DNA from: Oscillospiraceae bacterium
Lineage (GTDB): Bacteria > Bacteroidota > Bacteroidia > Bacteroidales > Bacteroidaceae
NCBI GenBank assembly: GCA_963588475.1
Contig: CAVAHD010000003.1
Span: forward strand, 66,704-130,703
Direction: 5' to 3'
Length of the DNA: 64,000 nucleotides
Positions within the stretch are counted from its first letter, which is position 1; the number at the start of each line of letters is the position of its first letter. The notes beneath the pieces are model-generated. The model was given only the letters and a program-made list of their open reading frames with translations, was not told the origin of the DNA and did no database searches. Of the stretch, positions 61,931-64,000 are shown piece after piece. The translations under genes and the position numbers were made by a program.

Positions 61931-63805
61931 TTATGTCAACTCCAGCTTGCGGTTGGAGTTGTCGGCTAGCACCTGGTTGACGATGGCGGTTATCTGGGCC
62001 TTCAGCTCGTTGATGAACTGGGCGGCGTCGTACTTGCAGTGCTCTATGTCGCGCAGCTTCTTCTCCCAAATGCCCGTTAGCTCGGGCGACTTGAGGAGTT
62101 CGTCGTTGATGATGTCAATAAGCTCGATGCCCATGTTTGTGGCAACGATGCGCTTGCGTTCGCGACGTATGTAGTTGCGCTTGAAGAGCGTCTCGATGAT
62201 GTTGGCGCGCGAGGACGGACGGCCAATGCCATTCTCCTTCATGGCGGCGCGCAGTTCCTCATTGTCCACGAACTTGCCTGCCGTTTCCATGGCACGCAGC
62301 AGCGTCGCCTCGGTGTAGTAGGCTGGGGGAGTTGTCTGCTTCTCGGTGAGCGTAGGCTTGTGCGGACCGCTCTCGCCCTTGTCGAAGTGGGGGAGAGTCT
62401 TCTCTTCCGCATCGTCCTTTTTCTTTTCGTCCTCCTCTTGCGGCTGAGCATTAGCATCCAAAGGTGTTGCCTCCTTCTTTTCAAACACTACGCGGTAACC
62501 CGGGTCGAGAATCTCCTTGCCCGTTGCCTTGAACGGCACGTCGCCGGCCTTGCCCTCCACCGTCGTTGTGGAGAATTTGCAGTCGGGGTAGAACACGGCG
62601 ATGAAGCGGCGCGCCACTAGGTCGTACACCTTGCGCTCGTTGTCGGTCAGACCGATGGGGACAACGCCCGTGGGGATGATGGCGTGGTGGTCCGTCACTT
62701 TCGAGTTGTCGAACACCTTCTTGCTCTTCACCAGTTTCTTGCCGCCGATGGCGCGAATGAGGTCGGCGTACGGGGCGACGCCGTCGAACTTCGTTTGGAA
62801 GACGCCGTTCAGCGTTTGCGGACACTTCTCGTAGATGTCGTCCGTAAGGTACTGCGTGTCCACACGCGGGTAGGTTGTCACCTTCTTCTCGTATAGACTC
62901 TGTATGGTTGCCAGCGTCTGCTCCGCCGTGAAGCTGAACTTCTTGTTGCACTCCACCTGCAGCGTCGTCAAGTCAAAGAGCTGCGGCGGGCGTTCCGTGC
63001 CGTTCTTCTTTGATACGGAAGTCACCTCGAAGGGCTTGTCCTGTATCTCGCCGAAGGCAGCCTCGCCTTCTTCCTTAGACGTGAATTTGCCCTTGGTAGC
63101 AGTAAACAGCGTGTCGCGGTATACTGTGGATAACACCCAGTAAGGCTCTGGTTTAAAGTTGATAATCTCTTTTTGACGATTTACAATGATGGCCAACGTC
63201 GGCGTCTGCACTCTGCCGATGGAGAGCACGCCGCTGCCGTTCTTGCCGCGCTGTGCATTGTTGCGGTATTTTATGGTGTATAGACGCGTTGCGTTCATGC
63301 CCAGGAGCCAGTCGCCGATGGCGCGAGAGAGACCTGCCATATAGAGCGGTTCGTACTCCTTCTGGTCCTTCAGCATGTTGAAGCCCTCCTTGATGGACTC
63401 TTCCGTCAGCGACGATATCCACAGACGCTTCACAGGGCACTTGGCCCCCGCCTTCTGCATCACCCACCGTTGAATCAGCTCACCCTCCTGGCCGGCATCA
63501 CCGCAGTTTACGATGCTGTCGGCGTTCTGCATGAGACGCTCTATGATGGCGAACTGCTTCGTGATGTGGGTGCTGTCGATGAGCTTGATGCCGAAGCGCT
63601 GCGGTATCATGGGCAATGCGCCGAGGCTCCAACGCTGCCACATCTCCGTGTAGTCGTTGGGCTCCTTCAGCGTACACAGGTGACCGTAGGTCCACGTCAC
63701 CTGGTAGCCGTTGCCTTCTATGTACCCTTCATGCGTCTTCGTGGCACCCAGCACATGGGCGATGTCGCGTGCCACACTCGGTTTCTCTGCGATGCAAACA
63801 ATCAT
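61931..63805 (-). CDS. topB: DNA topoisomerase III
   Basis: Trimmed to MIVCIAEKPSVARDIA (Toprim). WTYGHL, AMETAGK and the overall type IA pattern are present. A TAACTTTG box lies at 63871-63878. Confidence 0.9.
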   Translation of the reverse strand: MIVCIAEKPSVARDIAHVLGATKTHEGYIEGNGYQVTWTYGHLCTLKEPNDYTEMWQRWSLGALPMIPQRFGIKLIDSTHITKQFAIIERLMQNADSIVNCGDAGQEGELIQRWVMQKAGAKCPVKRLWISSLTEESIKEGFNMLKDQKEYEPLYMAGLSRAIGDWLLGMNATRLYTIKYRNNAQRGKNGSGVLSIGRVQTPTLAIIVNRQKEIINFKPEPYWVLSTVYRDTLFTATKGKFTSKEEGEAAFGEIQDKPFEVTSVSKKNGTERPPQLFDLTTLQVECNKKFSFTAEQTLATIQSLYEKKVTTYPRVDTQYLTDDIYEKCPQTLNGVFQTKFDGVAPYADLIRAIGGKKLVKSKKVFDNSKVTDHHAIIPTGVVPIGLTDNERKVYDLVARRFIAVFYPDCKFSTTTVEGKAGDVPFKATGKEILDPGYRVVFEKKEATPLDANAQPQEEDEKKKDDAEEKTLPHFDKGESGPHKPTLTEKQTTPPAYYTEATLLRAMETAGKFVDNEELRAAMKENGIGRPSSRANIIETLFKRNYIRRERKRIVATNMGIELIDIINDELLKSPELTGIWEKKLRDIEHCKYDAAQFINELKAQITAIVNQVLADNSNRKLELT

Positions 63806-63945
63806 AGTCCTTCTGAGGCGGGTTCTGTATAAACCGCGCGTTACATAATTTTTAAACTGGAAAATCCGTGCAAAGTTACTACTATTTTTCGGTTTTTGGG
63901 GTGTTTCTATAGTGTAATGTTGAAAAATAGTAGTATCTTTGCAGT

Positions 63946-64000
63946 ATGAACAAGACTTTCCCATCCCCCAAAGACAACTGTAAGCCCAGCGACATAGAGT
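63946..64000 (+). CDS. partial ORF start (MNKTFPSPKDNCKPSDIE...)
   Basis: The ATG lies 5 nt after a TATCTTTG box at 63934-63941. Only 18 codons fall within the window. Confidence 0.25.
   Translation, partial: MNKTFPSPKDNCKPSDIE

Overview
The window looks like a Bacteroidetes (Prevotella-like) chromosome; TAnnTTTG -7 promoter boxes precede many genes. Positions 1-21208 are the right arm of an integrated temperate phage. It carries mostly small minus-strand early, recombination and regulatory genes: Rad52-like annealing protein, PD-(D/E)XK exonuclease, SSB, NinG, a Dam-like methylase, Bro-N antirepressor, dUTPase and an HNH homing endonuclease. It also has three plus-strand HTH regulator genes. 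The prophage ends at a duplicated 3' fragment of tRNA-Ser(GGA) followed by the tRNA's own terminator (attR). A small islet at 21260-23100 carries a DinD-RhuM fusion gene flanked by palindromic repeats and a DUF1016-like remnant. The rest is core genome: lepB, a histidine kinase, an EamA/UbiA/acyltransferase/phosphoethanolamine-transferase envelope cluster, xseB, an Mrp-type ATPase, a thioester-less alpha-2-macroglobulin with a DUF1573 partner, meaB-ispH-cmk, and a NUDIX hydrolase. It continues with a sigma-54 response regulator and hybrid kinase flanking a tiny sigma-54-dependent gene, then cstA, an rRNA m5C methylase, PorE-like and PorQ-like proteins, tatD, a polyprenyl synthase, tonB, ilvE, trmB, GH53 and GH2 galactan genes, and topB. 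The most unusual signals are listed here.
- Two tRNA-like elements with intact acceptor and T arms but no anticodon arm, inside the prophage.
- A roughly 400-nt structured noncoding region in the prophage with its own promoter.
- A broken Dam-like methylase with three G7-G8 tracts, followed by small paralogous modules that all end in YE.
- Heptamer-periodic AT-rich arrays in same-strand spacers, one forming a chain of 5-codon uORFs.
- Two large TTAATTG-based composite palindromes.

All family assignments rest on motifs read by eye and are unverified by any search.
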